From Rhodosorus marinus CCMP1338 (lineage: Eukaryota; Plantae; Rhodophyta), in assembly GCA_029953675.1 (NCBI GenBank), contig JAMWBK010000011.1:558001-622000 (forward strand): 64,000 bases of DNA, written 5' to 3'. Every line of letters starts with the position of its first letter. The first letter of the stretch is position 1. Below are positions 22,786-34,408 of the stretch, piece after piece. A program made the translations under genes and the position numbers. Under the pieces are notes generated by a model. That model did no database searches, was not told the DNA's origin, and saw only the letters and a program-made list of their open reading frames with translations.

Positions 22786-23751
22786 ATGGACACTGCTGGG
22801 GTGTGGTTGACACCCCCTCCTCAAACGGAGGAGGAAGAACTGGATCAGTTAACCCTATGTATAAGAGATTATTGTGGAGAGATTGACTTGAAGATTCTCG
22901 GGAAACGGGAGGACTTAACAGCTACTCCCGAGGTGGGAACTGCGGTAACTCCTGAAGTAAAAGCGATGCTGATGAGCAAGGTTGATGAGCTGGAGCAGCG
23001 AACTGTTGTACCCAAGGTCCTTCATCGAGTGTTGCACGGGTTTTTGGACCTTATCGTTTCAAACGTTCTCCGGGTCACGTACATGATCCTTAGCTTCTTT
23101 CGGTGGATAGGGTCCTGTTTCGGCGGTAGCTCGAAGTCGAGTGATAGCACTGATGTGTTTGATTTGGATGCTCTTGATAATTTTTATACGGAGTTGTTGA
23201 CCTGGGGTACTGCTGCGGTATCTGTGGCGTACGCAATAGTGCTCCTCAAATCTCTTCTCGCCGGGACTCCTAGGCGAAGCCTTGTCATCGTCATAATATT
23301 CGCGGCTGTAATGGGAAGTTTAGTCCTGTTGTTGTTTATGTATGCGAGGGGGAAAGCGCTCGAGACGTCCTTCATCAAGTATGCAAAAACGTTGCTGATT
23401 AACCAGATTGGTATCTTCGAAATGAGGACGGCGCAGCTGGTTTCGCAGCCATTGCCCCAAGGTCAGAACCGAGTGATCAATGGGTACATAAACTCTGTGG
23501 AAATCTGCCTGAGGTTCGCAGTGTCTCAGATCAAACACTATGCTTTCCTCGCGCCGTTGGACCGGGTCTTATTTGTTGGTGGGCGCCACCTGTCAGACTT
23601 GAACTCTCTTTCTAACTACGACGTGAGGCTCGGCAAAGCAGTTCAGACGATGGAATTTCTTCGGGAGCGTTTCATGGACGCCCATATATTAGGAGCAATA
23701 GCTGGAGCCTCCAAGCGAAAAAAGATTCCAGCCGAGCTTGCTACCAACTAA
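22786..23751 (+). CDS. Orphan membrane protein with about 3 TM helices, paralog 2 (321 aa)
   Basis: Aligns end to end with 20274-21248 (e.g. CIRDYCG.IDLKILGKRE, GKALETSFIK, NGYINSVE, LSNY.VRLGK). Flanking DNA is duplicated too. Confidence 0.75.
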   Translation: MDTAGVWLTPPPQTEEEELDQLTLCIRDYCGEIDLKILGKREDLTATPEVGTAVTPEVKAMLMSKVDELEQRTVVPKVLHRVLHGFLDLIVSNVLRVTYMILSFFRWIGSCFGGSSKSSDSTDVFDLDALDNFYTELLTWGTAAVSVAYAIVLLKSLLAGTPRRSLVIVIIFAAVMGSLVLLLFMYARGKALETSFIKYAKTLLINQIGIFEMRTAQLVSQPLPQGQNRVINGYINSVEICLRFAVSQIKHYAFLAPLDRVLFVGGRHLSDLNSLSNYDVRLGKAVQTMEFLRERFMDAHILGAIAGASKRKKIPAELATN

Positions 23752-25307
23752 GGCAACTGAGTGAAAACGGTCCTGCTGACGATAAAACAGCTCGTTCAAA
23801 TCGGAGGGTCAGCTTCTGCGCAGATTCTCAACAATATGATATGCGCACCGCACAACTCGAAAAAGCGGAGAATCGCATACAGCAACAGAACGCTTGGCGT
23901 GCTTGGGCTTGACCACGTGCGGTGGGTTTTCTGCAGCACGCCATAGACAAAACCCACCCCCTCGTTTCTTGCTCAGTATTGAAACAAGGAGAAATAACCA
24001 ACAGCTTCCGTAAGGTGGACACTAGGAATAGCATGTGGGACAAGTAGCCCTAACGCTCTCACCCTCTGTGTTCCCCTTGCCGAACAGCGAGTTGAAATCA
24101 TCACTTAAACTAAAGAAGGCATTTCTAATCGTAAGTTATAGAACGAAAATTTGCCGCTTGATCTCTCCAAGTAAATTTTCTGTAGCACTTGTGGGCCCTT
24201 CGAGGATCGCCGATGCCTTCATAAAACTCGGAGTCATAGACTCCAGCATCTCTCCTGGGGCCCCGACGATGTGCGAACTCTGCCCGTGGTTATCAGTGGG
24301 CCCGACCTGATTTCACTCTGCGGTCTGTTCAGGAAACTCGATTTATTGTTCTTTTTCGGCACTTCTTTCCCGCACACCATTGAAACTCCTGATCTCAGGA
24401 AATTCCCAAAGGTCTCGGGCACCTTCTCTTGACACCCTCATGATGTCCCTATTTGAAAAGTCCTCAGATATCCTCAATTTGAGAACTTCTCCTTCCACCC
24501 CGGCCACCTAGAAGCTCACCAGCGTATAATGCAGCGCCCCCGGAGCGCCTCTAACGACGGCTCCTGGTGAATCGCTCGAGCTCAGGTAGCGCTCAATGAC
24601 TCACCACCGCGGTTCAGAAAGGGCGCAAACATAAACCACCTTTCCAGCAGCCCACTCTAAATCCAATCCCCTCACACACTGCTAAAGCGTACACCTGTTG
24701 CGTAATCGCGATTGCCGCAAGAGTAAAACAACTGAGCTTGAAGAATCAACGACCACCAGACAAAGCAGCCCTGGCGTTCATGCGGCGCTCCTCTCGCGGG
24801 TGTAGGTTCAGTTGCTGAAGACTACATTGCTTTACGCCGGTCTTCTTGGCCTACTACTAATCATTAATCATGTCCGGTGTCGCGGCATGCTATACAGTAT
24901 ATACAACCTGCTAGCTTACATCTAGGATATACTGTAGACGGTCAAGCGCATGATCAAAACATTGCCATGACTCAAATCCTTTGATGATTCCCATTCACTC
25001 TGTGATCGTTCAAACCTGGATATCGGTCGCGTATCGTACGGTGCGGTCAAGTCCAGGAGGTTGTTGTATTACGTGAATTTCGACACCAACCCCCCTCGAC
25101 AGAAAAAGGCGCTATAACCATGTTCATGAGCTCAAAGATTTCAAAATCGAATACTGTACACCACCTTCGCTCGAAAAACAATACCTGACGGCCGCGTCAT
25201 CCTACCCGCCCTCCATTAGCAAAATCGCGTCCCAGCAATCGCCATCAAACACAACGAAGACAAAAAGCTTTTCCAGGACAGCTCCCATCGCGGCGGCATC
25301 CATTACA

Positions 25308-25454
25308 TTCACAGGAAATAGCTCCATTTCTAATTCAGCGGCAAGCCAGTAGCCTTCCGTCTCTACCGAAAGGCTGAACAGGAGATGGATTTACTAGCAT
25401 ACGTTCACCGGAAATAGCTCCATTTGTAATCCAGCGCCCCAAGCCAGTGGCCTT
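25308..25454. repeat. About 50-bp imperfect direct repeat, period 96
   Basis: ttcac.ggaaatagctccattt.taat.cagcg...aagccagt.gcctt at 25308 and 25404. Confidence 0.8.
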
Positions 25455-27015
25455 AAGCTCTACGCAGGGCATGAAAGGGAACTAGAAACTAGCGAAAAAA
25501 GCGTGCAAACCAAGGCGGCGATGGAGCGTCTGGGTGAGGATGCCGCTAGAATATCTCCAGAGAGCGACGCTTAACCGGTGTAGGCCCCAGATAGTCAACC
25601 GGATGGTCAGTAGAACATTTCCGCAGCCACTCCACAGTAATATATATTCGAGATTATTGGCGCAAACTAAGCCTGGACGCGTGTTGGAATTCTGGCGCCG
25701 GCATGGAATAGTGATCATTTCTGAGTTTTGCAGACTGTCACTCTCGCTTTAATGGGGGTTTTCTATATGGTATGATGAATGTTAGCATCCGTCGATTACG
25801 ACAAGTAGACTCGGTATAATATCACAAGTCCCGAGTGGCGGTAGCACGGTATAGAGTAGAGAGTGAACGAGAAGAGAGATTTGGACTGAAGGCAAAAGTT
25901 GAAATTCTTGAGACGGATGAGTTCTTAAGTGCATTGTATCTATTGGGTATTGGTGTGAACTTCACCATCGGATCGCCTTGTAACGGTTAGCGGTAAGGAG
26001 CTTCACGGAGGTGGAATACTTCGTGTCGAACCCTCCTTCTCCGGGCGATTTTGGAACGCAAAGTTTCATGAGATACTGTCTGAAGGATTCCATTAAGCTC
26101 CTATATACTTAGGGTGTACTTGTTATAACTTCGGTTGAGATACAGGTCGGATCAAGTCACCGCGTTGTACAACAACGTGGCCCACGGCAGAGATTTCACA
26201 TTATGTTGAGCAAAAACAAGCAATAATCATCTAAAATTTAATTCCTTTCCCTACTGATCAATAATTTTATCAAGGCATATTGTTCTACGATCAAATTGCT
26301 TAAAACATGGTCCTTTTTCTTTATTATGCTACAACATCATATTTCAGGGCCAATCTGGAGCGTTTAAGAGAATTTTGTCATGAAAATATAGTTGATTAGG
26401 ATCCAGTACCGGATAATATCGTCGTAGTTCTGGAACTAAAGTTACCACGGTGCAGCTTTCGGGAAACATTTGCCATGTACTCCTTTTCTTTTGGCCCGGA
26501 GGAACATTCGTGAAATTTTCTTCTAAATTCAGAATATTAAATTCGGGCTGAGGGCCAGTATATATCTTCCACGCGTCCTAATTTAGCCACTAAATATCCG
26601 TTTGTTTTATATTTTTGATGTGTTGACTTTTGCCTAGGTTTGCAAAGTCCGCTCCGAGTTGGGAGCTGGGGATGGCCATCCTTTCTTCTATGACTTCTTC
26701 TTGGACTTGTTGGTGGAAGGGGTTATTCAAACTGGGTGCAGACGGTTTACTAGTTCCGCATCTACAACACGGCCGTGCTAGTTGACTCGCATTCAATGGA
26801 GCCGTGCGCAAAACGTCACGGGCAAGAGGTTTCGGCTTGTATCTGGCTTTATTAGCATAGCCTAAAGCGCAGTAAGCTCGGCTTGTGTCTCGAATCGATT
26901 TTGAGCGAACCACGCTTCGACGGCCGTATCAGTGTTGACCTAGGGCAGTACTTTGCGCTCGTTTTTTGTTACTATCCTGTTTAGGGGCCTTGCACAATCG
27001 TCCAGATCCGAAAGC

Positions 27016-28608
27016 TCAAATGTAGTCATGTGCTGTGTCGTAGACATCGTACTTTCGCATGATCCGGATCAAATTGTCCCTCTCCCGTCGGAAACGAGGT
27101 GGAAGTGCACTCCAGTTTGTGATTGGAGGGTACGAGTCATAGTCTTCGACTTCATTATCAACCCTCCACCAGCTCCTGTTCCCGTCTCGCATCACCAGCC
27201 TTCCTCGGATCATTTGAATATCTCGGATGTATGCATACGCCATAATTCGATGTCGACGTTTCGAAGTCGTCAGGTACGGCCACAGGTTTAATCCGTGTCT
27301 CTTGTACTTCACAGGTTGTTCAATCACGTCCTCAGCTCCCATGATGTCAGCCAGTGTTGGCAGCATATCTACCACATGCACCAACTCCTCCTGTCTTCCT
27401 TGCTTTGTCAGTTCCATCCCAGGAGCGTACACCACAAAAGGCACGTGAGGTCCCTTCTGCCTTTCACTACTACCTTTTCCCCACTCTGTAGTCCCGTTGT
27501 CAGAAGCGAAGATGATGATCGTGTTATCCATGATCCCCAACTCCTTCAGGTGTTCTACATATTGCCACAACATGTAGTCCACATATTCAATATGTCGATA
27601 CAATCCTCCGTCGTTGATCCCCTCCGTTTCGTAAACCCCCGCGCTACCTGTGATGGTGACCTCTGACCTTGTGTACGAACGCGTTTCCTCGTCCCAAGTT
27701 AGCTTAGGAGTTGGTGGGTAGTCATTTCCTTTTTCCGGTTGTATAAAGTTAAAGGCTTTATGGCCAAGCTTCGAATTGTGGAAGATGAAGAACGGCTTAT
27801 CCTCGTCATTGCTTCTCGTTATGAAATCTATTATCGACTCGCTCTCCACGTCCGGTCCGTACGTAGAAAGTCCATACTCTGCACGGAGCTCATCAGTGTG
27901 CGGCCAGTACGTGAAGTCCTCCGTCGTTCCGGGGAAGTTCATCAGGTCAATATGTGGCTTCCAGAAGAAACTTCGCTGGGTACCAATGGAAATTTCCTCA
28001 CCAGTGTCCACGTTGATCCTCACTCGCTCACCGTTCCTTGTCGACCACCTGATTCTAAATTCCGGCGAGTACGGGCTCGGAGGTTTGAAGGCCGCGTTCG
28101 GCAAAAATACTCCCTCATCAAATCCAAACTCCCGTAGGTCCGCCGTCTTCATTCCTGGCTTCCCCGCCCACATCGTCTTGTACCCAGCCTGCTGCGCCAA
28201 GTGCCCTACAAGAATCGGCGACGTCAGATACAGAGGAACGAAATCCTCTGTCTCACCTTGCGCGTTTGTGAACGTTCCATAATCCCTGTTGTACCACCAT
28301 TTCGTTAGGCTCGCGAATCGGCCCGTCAACAACATCGCCCGGCTTGGTGAGCAAATCGGAGCCGCCCATGCCTTGGTAAAGTACGCTCCATCCCTTGCAA
28401 ACATATCCAGCATTGGCGTTTTCGCTCGCAAGCTCTCGTTGCTTGACTCAATATTCTTACCACCAACCCACCTCGGGGCGTTGTAGAACCCCAGTTCCCG
28501 CGGACTAACATCGTCGATGTACATGAGCAATATGTTCGGCTTGGTTGCCTGCGCCGCCGTCTCGGACAGCCCAGACAACAAGAGACACACCAGCACAGCT
28601 GCAATCAT
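27016..28608 (-). CDS. Secreted S1-family sulfatase, clade B copy B1 (530 aa, intronless)
   Basis: ATG at 28608 gives the signal peptide MIAAVLVCLLLSGLSETAAQA. Motifs NILLMYIDD, APICSPSRAMLLTGRF, AGKPG, FHNSKLGH, ASDNG. Confidence 0.92.
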   Translation of the reverse strand: MIAAVLVCLLLSGLSETAAQATKPNILLMYIDDVSPRELGFYNAPRWVGGKNIESSNESLRAKTPMLDMFARDGAYFTKAWAAPICSPSRAMLLTGRFASLTKWWYNRDYGTFTNAQGETEDFVPLYLTSPILVGHLAQQAGYKTMWAGKPGMKTADLREFGFDEGVFLPNAAFKPPSPYSPEFRIRWSTRNGERVRINVDTGEEISIGTQRSFFWKPHIDLMNFPGTTEDFTYWPHTDELRAEYGLSTYGPDVESESIIDFITRSNDEDKPFFIFHNSKLGHKAFNFIQPEKGNDYPPTPKLTWDEETRSYTRSEVTITGSAGVYETEGINDGGLYRHIEYVDYMLWQYVEHLKELGIMDNTIIIFASDNGTTEWGKGSSERQKGPHVPFVVYAPGMELTKQGRQEELVHVVDMLPTLADIMGAEDVIEQPVKYKRHGLNLWPYLTTSKRRHRIMAYAYIRDIQMIRGRLVMRDGNRSWWRVDNEVEDYDSYPPITNWSALPPRFRRERDNLIRIMRKYDVYDTAHDYI

Positions 28609-28612
28609 GCTA

Positions 28613-28929
28613 TGAAAACGGTGAAGATACATGCAAGCGAATCCAATAGCTAACACAAAAATAGATGTAATCTGCACGTCTCTCTGCCGTGCTGAAAACG
28701 GTGAAGATACATGCAAGCGAATCCAATAGCTAACACAAAAATAGATGTAATCTGCACGTCTCTCTGCCGTGCTGAAAACGGTGAAGATACATGCAAGCGA
28801 ATCCAATAGCTAACACAAAAATAGATGTAATCTGCACGTCTCTCTGCCGTGCTGAAAACGGTGAAGATACATGCAAGCGAATCCAATAGCTAACACAAAA
28901 AAAGATGTAATCTGCACGTCTCTCTGCCG
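28613..28929. repeat. 80-bp tandem repeat, 4 copies, abutting the B1 start codon
   Basis: Unit tgaaaacggtgaagatacatgcaagcgaatccaatagctaacacaaaaatagatgtaatctgcacgtctctctgccgtgc starts at 28613, 28693, 28773 and 28853. Copy 4 has one substitution and is slightly truncated. Confidence 0.97.
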
Positions 28930-30411
28930 GTGGCTGGCTAATCTCCAGGCCTACCACAGCGAAACCCGCAGATGTTCTTCCCGTCTCCCCACACTCTTAT
29001 CTCAATGCATATAATCAGAGGGCTTGATCCTAAACAGTGCTCCCCTCTTCTCCGGTACACATGCTTGCCAGCTAAGAGTTGACAAGAGTTAGCTCCCCGA
29101 GGTTCCTCCGCGCGTAGGCAACAGTCCGAAGTTCTCGAAAAAGGAAAAAAAAATTGATCCATGTTGTGATGTGTCTCGGGAATGGTATCAGGTTAAGCGT
29201 CATATATATAGGAAATTTTACGAAAACTAGAACTTCATAGCTGAATGAATAATTGCAATATTCAAGTATTTTGATATTGTATATAGCATTTATAGCTTAT
29301 ACTACAATAATTATGGAATGATATGAGGACAAAGGTCTTTATTTTTTATTATTCAATCTAGCAGAACCATATTTTGGCCAGATTTAAAACCCAGAGCAAA
29401 CTTCGTCCCAAAAACGAGATCGCATGGAAATCAGCTGTTACGAATTTCGCTGAATGCGCGGAGCTGACTTTATATTTTAAAGACATCGATGTTCGGATTT
29501 TGGTCTATGTCAATTCTTCATTCTTTCAAAATGCGGTAAAAACTCAAGTAGTCGTGCCGAATTCATTAAAACCAACCAATAGATGAAAATTTTGGATGTT
29601 TTGGTCGTGTGCCGCGTTTTGGACGCATGGGTTTTTGGTCAGTTTTATTCAGACACTACGACCCTGGTAGCGCTCCTCCTCCTCCTTTTTGGGGATGTCG
29701 TGGGGTATGCGCTAAGCGAACAAGTTTGGCTTTGTTCGCTTAGTGGTTTGACTTACCTTTTAGAAGTGAACTCCTTGATTCCTCAAATCCGAAACACAAG
29801 AACATAGGATATCTGTGAACCTGTCTACTACCCAGAACCTGGAGTGCTGTGTCTTGGTCAACCCGGGCTGACGCGATTTCCAGACCACCGTCTAGATACG
29901 TAGCTGGAAACGACCAGCAAAGACGTAGCACAATGCCACGGGAGAGGTCCCAGGTTTCTCCTAATCAACTTATGGGACCCCAAGACCGAAACTGTGCCGT
30001 GGGTAGAAGAATATCTGAGAACACAGGCCTTGCAGCGATGCCCGGACTTGTGCCTAGGGCTCGTAGCTCCTGCAATGGCGTTAACACCGATCGCTGCATG
30101 CGCAATTCGCTACAGGGCAAAATGACCACTGATCAACGTAGATATCGGAACTCTCTGACGCGTAGGACTAGAACTGGATTCTGAACCGCTTCGGAGTGGG
30201 TCTTCCAGTAGCCAAATAGTGCTTGGATGAAACCCACTCACCCTCAAGTCAAAGGTACTCTAACACCGGAAGCGCAGCGTCACAAGATTTGAAAAGTGTA
30301 GCATCTAGAGGACTTGCTAATGTAGTTAACTGCTCTGTATCTCCTTGTGTACAAGCAGCTTGCAGCTTGCTCCTTGCCGCCGTCGCGACGGTACAGGTTC
30401 CATTCGTATCC

Positions 30412-30570
30412 TCGGGAATCACTTGACTTATAATTTTTGCGTTCGAGCAGACTTTGACGAAGTCGACAGCGGCCGAATCGCCGTCGCGGCTCTACTGATT
30501 TCAATCGTATCGGGGGAATCACTTGACTTACCATGTTTGCGTTCGAGTAGACCCTGACCAAGTCGACAGC
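30412..30570. repeat. About 58-bp imperfect direct repeat feeding into the hairpin
   Basis: gggaatcacttgactta....t.t.gcgttcgag.agac..tgac.aagtcgacagc at about 30413 and 30514. Confidence 0.85.
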
Positions 30571-30698
30571 TGCTGGTGTCGACCCTACTTGGAAATGACT
30601 TTGCAGGAGCGGCAAGAAGCAGTGGATTCTGCCTGGATACGAGTGCTAAGTCATTTCCAAGTAGGGTAGACACCAGCTGCTGTCGACTTGGTCAGGGT
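30551..30698. repeat. Long inverted repeat: 51-bp arms (2 mismatches) and a 46-nt loop; hairpin-RNA or MITE-like
   Basis: 30551-30601 accctgaccaagtcgacagctgctggtgtcgaccctacttggaaatgactt is the reverse complement of 30648-30698, except at 2 positions. Confidence 0.9.
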
Positions 30699-30895
30699 AG
30701 ATTCGAGTGCTTTTCCAGCGAAGTTTTCAGACGTCGTAAACTCGAATAGTCCAGACACGGGGTGGATTCTATGGACACGCCTTGACTTCGGTGTTGATCC
30801 GGGCTTTGAACAGCACGAGGCTCATTTGAAATGATTTCAGTAGTAGCTCGTGGTTGACAATTTTAATAAGCTTGATTCTATCCATCTCTCCATAC

Positions 30896-32506
30896 TCAAA
30901 TATAGTCATGCTCTGTCTCATAGAGGTCAAATCTGCCCATGATCCTAATCAAATTGTCCCTCTCCACTCCGAATTCTGCCGGTAGAGCGTCCCAGTCTGT
31001 GATTAGTGGGTATGAGTCGTAGTCTTCAACCTCCTCGTCAACCTTCCACCAGTCGTTGTTCATATCCCGCATCACAAGCTTTCCTCGAATCTGTTGCAAT
31101 TCCTTAATGTAGGAATAGAGATATCCCCGATGCCTGGGCTTGGCTGTTATCAGGTACGGCCACAGATTTTTGCCTTGTTTCGAGTATCCATCAAGCAAGT
31201 GCTCAACTCCCATGATGTCAGCAAACGTTGGCAGCATATCGACTACATGCACCAGCACGTCCTGTCTTCCCTGCTTTGCAAGATTCATCCCAGGAGCGTA
31301 GATCACCATCGGAACGTGAGGGCCCCTCTGCCTTACACGACTGCCCTTACCCCAAAATGGAGTCCCATTGTCAGAAGCGAAGATTATGATAGTGTTGTTC
31401 ATGATCCCCAAGTCCTTCAAGTGCTCCACATACTGCCACAGCATGTAGTCGCAATACTCAATGTGTCGATTCAAGCCTCCGTTGTTGATCCCCTCCGTTT
31501 CGTAGACGCCATTGCTCCCAGTGATGGTGACGTCTAGGCGGTTGTACTTTTGTTTTTTCTCATTCCAATATAGCTTAGGTGTTGGCGGATAGCTGCTTCC
31601 CTTCTCAGGTTGGATGAAGTTGAAGGCTATGTGCCCCAGTTTCGAGTTGTGGAAGACGAAGAAAGGCTTTTCCTCCTCGTGGCTTCTTGTCATGAAGTTT
31701 ATAATAGACTCGCTCTCCACGTCCGGTCCGTACGTGGCAAGTCCATACTCAGCCTGAAGCTCAGCCGTGTGGGGCCAGTACGTGAAGTCCTCCGTCGTTC
31801 CGGGGAAGTTCATCAGGTCTATGTGTGGCTTCCAGAAGTAACTTCGCTCGCGTCCAACGTTTACAATCTTCCCAGTGTCATTGTTAACGTTCACAGTCTT
31901 TCCGTCCCGGACCTCTTTCTTGATTACGAACTCAGGAGAGTACGGTGTGGGAGGGTCAAACGCCGCATTTGGCAAGAATACACCCTCATCAAAACCAAAC
32001 TCTCGCAGGTCCGCCGTCTTCATTCCGGGCTTCCCAGCCCACATCGTCTTGTACCCAGCCTGCTGAGCCAGGTGCCCTACAAGTATAGGGGACGTCAGAT
32101 ACAGGGGAACGAAGTCTTCAGTCTCACCATCAGCGTTAGTGAAGGTTCCATAGTCCCTGTTGTACCACCATTTCGTTATATGAGCGAATCGGCCGGTCAA
32201 GAACATGGCCCTACTCGGGGAACAAACCGGAGCTGCCCAAACCTTGGTGAAATACATTCCCTCTCGCGACATCATGTCCAGCATCGGAGTTTTCGCGCGA
32301 AATCTCTCCTCATCGGACTCGACAGTTTTCTTACCAACCCAGGTGGGGGCGTCGTACATCCTCAGCTCCCTCGGGCTGACATCATCCACGTACATAAACA
32401 AGATGTTCGGCTTGGTAGCCTGAGCATCTGCACCGGACCGACCCAAGCACCACAGCACACACAACAGTGCATATGCAAACATGCTCAAAAACCGACCTGC
32501 AGACAT
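30896..32506 (-). CDS. Secreted S1-family sulfatase, clade B copy B2 (536 aa from ATG 32506; alternative ATG 32482)
   Basis: Signal peptide ...MFAYALLCVLWCLGRSGADAQA; motifs NILFMYVDD, APVCSPSRAMFLTGRF, AGKPG, ASDNG. Confidence 0.92.
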   Translation of the reverse strand: MSAGRFLSMFAYALLCVLWCLGRSGADAQATKPNILFMYVDDVSPRELRMYDAPTWVGKKTVESDEERFRAKTPMLDMMSREGMYFTKVWAAPVCSPSRAMFLTGRFAHITKWWYNRDYGTFTNADGETEDFVPLYLTSPILVGHLAQQAGYKTMWAGKPGMKTADLREFGFDEGVFLPNAAFDPPTPYSPEFVIKKEVRDGKTVNVNNDTGKIVNVGRERSYFWKPHIDLMNFPGTTEDFTYWPHTAELQAEYGLATYGPDVESESIINFMTRSHEEEKPFFVFHNSKLGHIAFNFIQPEKGSSYPPTPKLYWNEKKQKYNRLDVTITGSNGVYETEGINNGGLNRHIEYCDYMLWQYVEHLKDLGIMNNTIIIFASDNGTPFWGKGSRVRQRGPHVPMVIYAPGMNLAKQGRQDVLVHVVDMLPTFADIMGVEHLLDGYSKQGKNLWPYLITAKPRHRGYLYSYIKELQQIRGKLVMRDMNNDWWKVDEEVEDYDSYPLITDWDALPAEFGVERDNLIRIMGRFDLYETEHDYI

Positions 32507-33931
32507 CACGAGCGTTCCCAACCAAAAAAAACAAAAAAAAACGCTCCCACACCAAAGCAACCCCGAGCTTCTTCTCGCAGATGCTCCCCGTACCCCGATC
32601 ACCCCCTCTGCCTGTCACTTCCCTCGGCGGAATTCCACAGCTCTCATCTGCTCTCTCCTCACTCTCCAGGTCAAAGCTCTTTTTAAGCTAGACGAGTCCA
32701 CACAAACCGCCCCCGCCCGCCCCGGCATTGATGTTACCGCACCCTCGACGAACTCCCTCTTCGCTTACAAAGACACTAATTCAGTTCACCAAAACCTAAA
32801 TCGATACTTCATCTAGCCCCTCACAAACAGCCCAAATCGAGGGTTTTATTCAGAAGAGAAGACAAATGTAGAATATCTATTGTATTAAGAAGAATAAATG
32901 AATATCAAATTATCCTATTTTACAATTTATTGACATGAATATCTTAATTATGGTGAATAAGTTTCTCTTTTTTGTTTATTTTATGAATGTCCTTGGTCGG
33001 ATCGTATTTTTTAAAAAAGAAGTAAAATCTGGATTTGCTTTCAGATTTTGATTTCTTTGGTTTTTGAGGAGTACGGACCATTTCAACCGATTCGTGAAGA
33101 TATTACGTAACTTGCTATTGGGAGCGAGCGATGGATGTCCCACAGCCTAGTGGCTGTGTAGTATCCTCACCGCAGTGCAAATGATTAGGAGAGTTTAACG
33201 AGGCGCGTGAAATCGTTTCTGTTTTGATGTGCCCTTGTTGATAGCGGGATGTGAGCATCGAATCGTTTGCGGTTGGTTCGTCCTGTGCTGGGTATCACAT
33301 TGTTCATGTGGTTTCCCTCTTTACCACCTGACCTATCTTTGCTGACGTGGTGAACGACTTGGGACGTTAGCCAGGCGATTGATCTTTCGCATCTGAGCTG
33401 GTGCCTTTATCCCTTGTCCCAAGGACACCTTCCGCACTTCTGACGTTTGTTTTTTTCCCCGTAATACACAAACACCAAAGGTGCACCTCCTTCCCTTTTC
33501 GGGATCGCGGACCCCTCTCAACACATCCACCCAAAAACCCCTATTCTCATTTCCCCCCCCCCATTTGGCACCAAAAACGGCATAGGCCCAGAATTCTGTC
33601 TCGCGTCTTCTGTCAAACCCTCCTATCAAAAACAGACCCCTAAAATATCCGAGTAATTCTTTTTAAAAAAACTACGGCCCTCCTAGCTCGAAAAATCCTT
33701 CTCCTTTCCGCTTCACTTCGCTTTCTTTTCCCGTTTCATCTCGTCATAAAAAAGGAATTCTTTCTCTTCGTCTTCCATCCATCGGACTTTTCTATCAAAA
33801 ACCCCGAAGGCTATCTAAATTAATTCTTTAAAAAAACACCACTTTCTGAAAATGAATAAAAATAAACAAACAAAGAGATGAACATTTCTGGGACGTAATT
33901 AATAATTTTTATGTTAATACCATAATTAGGA

Positions 33932-34408
33932 ATAATTAAGAATTTTTACGTCAATAAATTCTAAAATAGGATGACAATGTGTCCATTTTTTTGTAATACA
34001 ATAGATGTCCTAAAATTCGTCGTGAGTTGAGGATAAGACCCGCTCCTTTTCCTTGCGGTTTTTTTTTGAAATTGAGATTTGGTGCTCTCCCATAATTAAG
34101 AAATTTTAAATCAATAAAAAATTCTAAAATAGGATGACTGCTTGTCGATTTTTCCGTAATACAATAGATGTTCTAAATTTGTCTTGTGGATAGCACCCGC
34201 TCCTTTGAGATGCGGTTTTTCTGGAAATTGAGGCTTGTCTCGCTCCGATAATTAAGAATTCTTATGTCAATAAATTCTAAAATAGGATATTTGTATACCA
34301 AGTTTTTCGTAATACAATAGATGTTCTAAATTTGTCTTGAGTTGTGGATAAGAACCGCTCCCCTTCGTGGCGGTTTGTTTTTTTTGGAAATTGAGGTTTG
34401 TCCTCGCT
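33932..34408. repeat. About 158-bp AT-rich tandem repeat, 3 degenerate copies
   Basis: ataattaagaa...tcaataaattctaaaataggat...gtaatacaatagatg..ctaaa...ccgctcc...gcggttt...gaaattgag starts at 33932, 34092 and 34248. Confidence 0.9.

Noticed and set aside
24893-24936. 10-bp inverted repeat (tacagtatat/atatactgta); similar small hairpins at 11823-11846 and 63180-63198
   Set aside because: Too short to distinguish from chance in 64 kb.
28613-28929. CRISPR array
   Set aside because: The 80-bp units are contiguous and identical with no unique spacers, and there are no cas genes. The same applies to the other tandem repeats.
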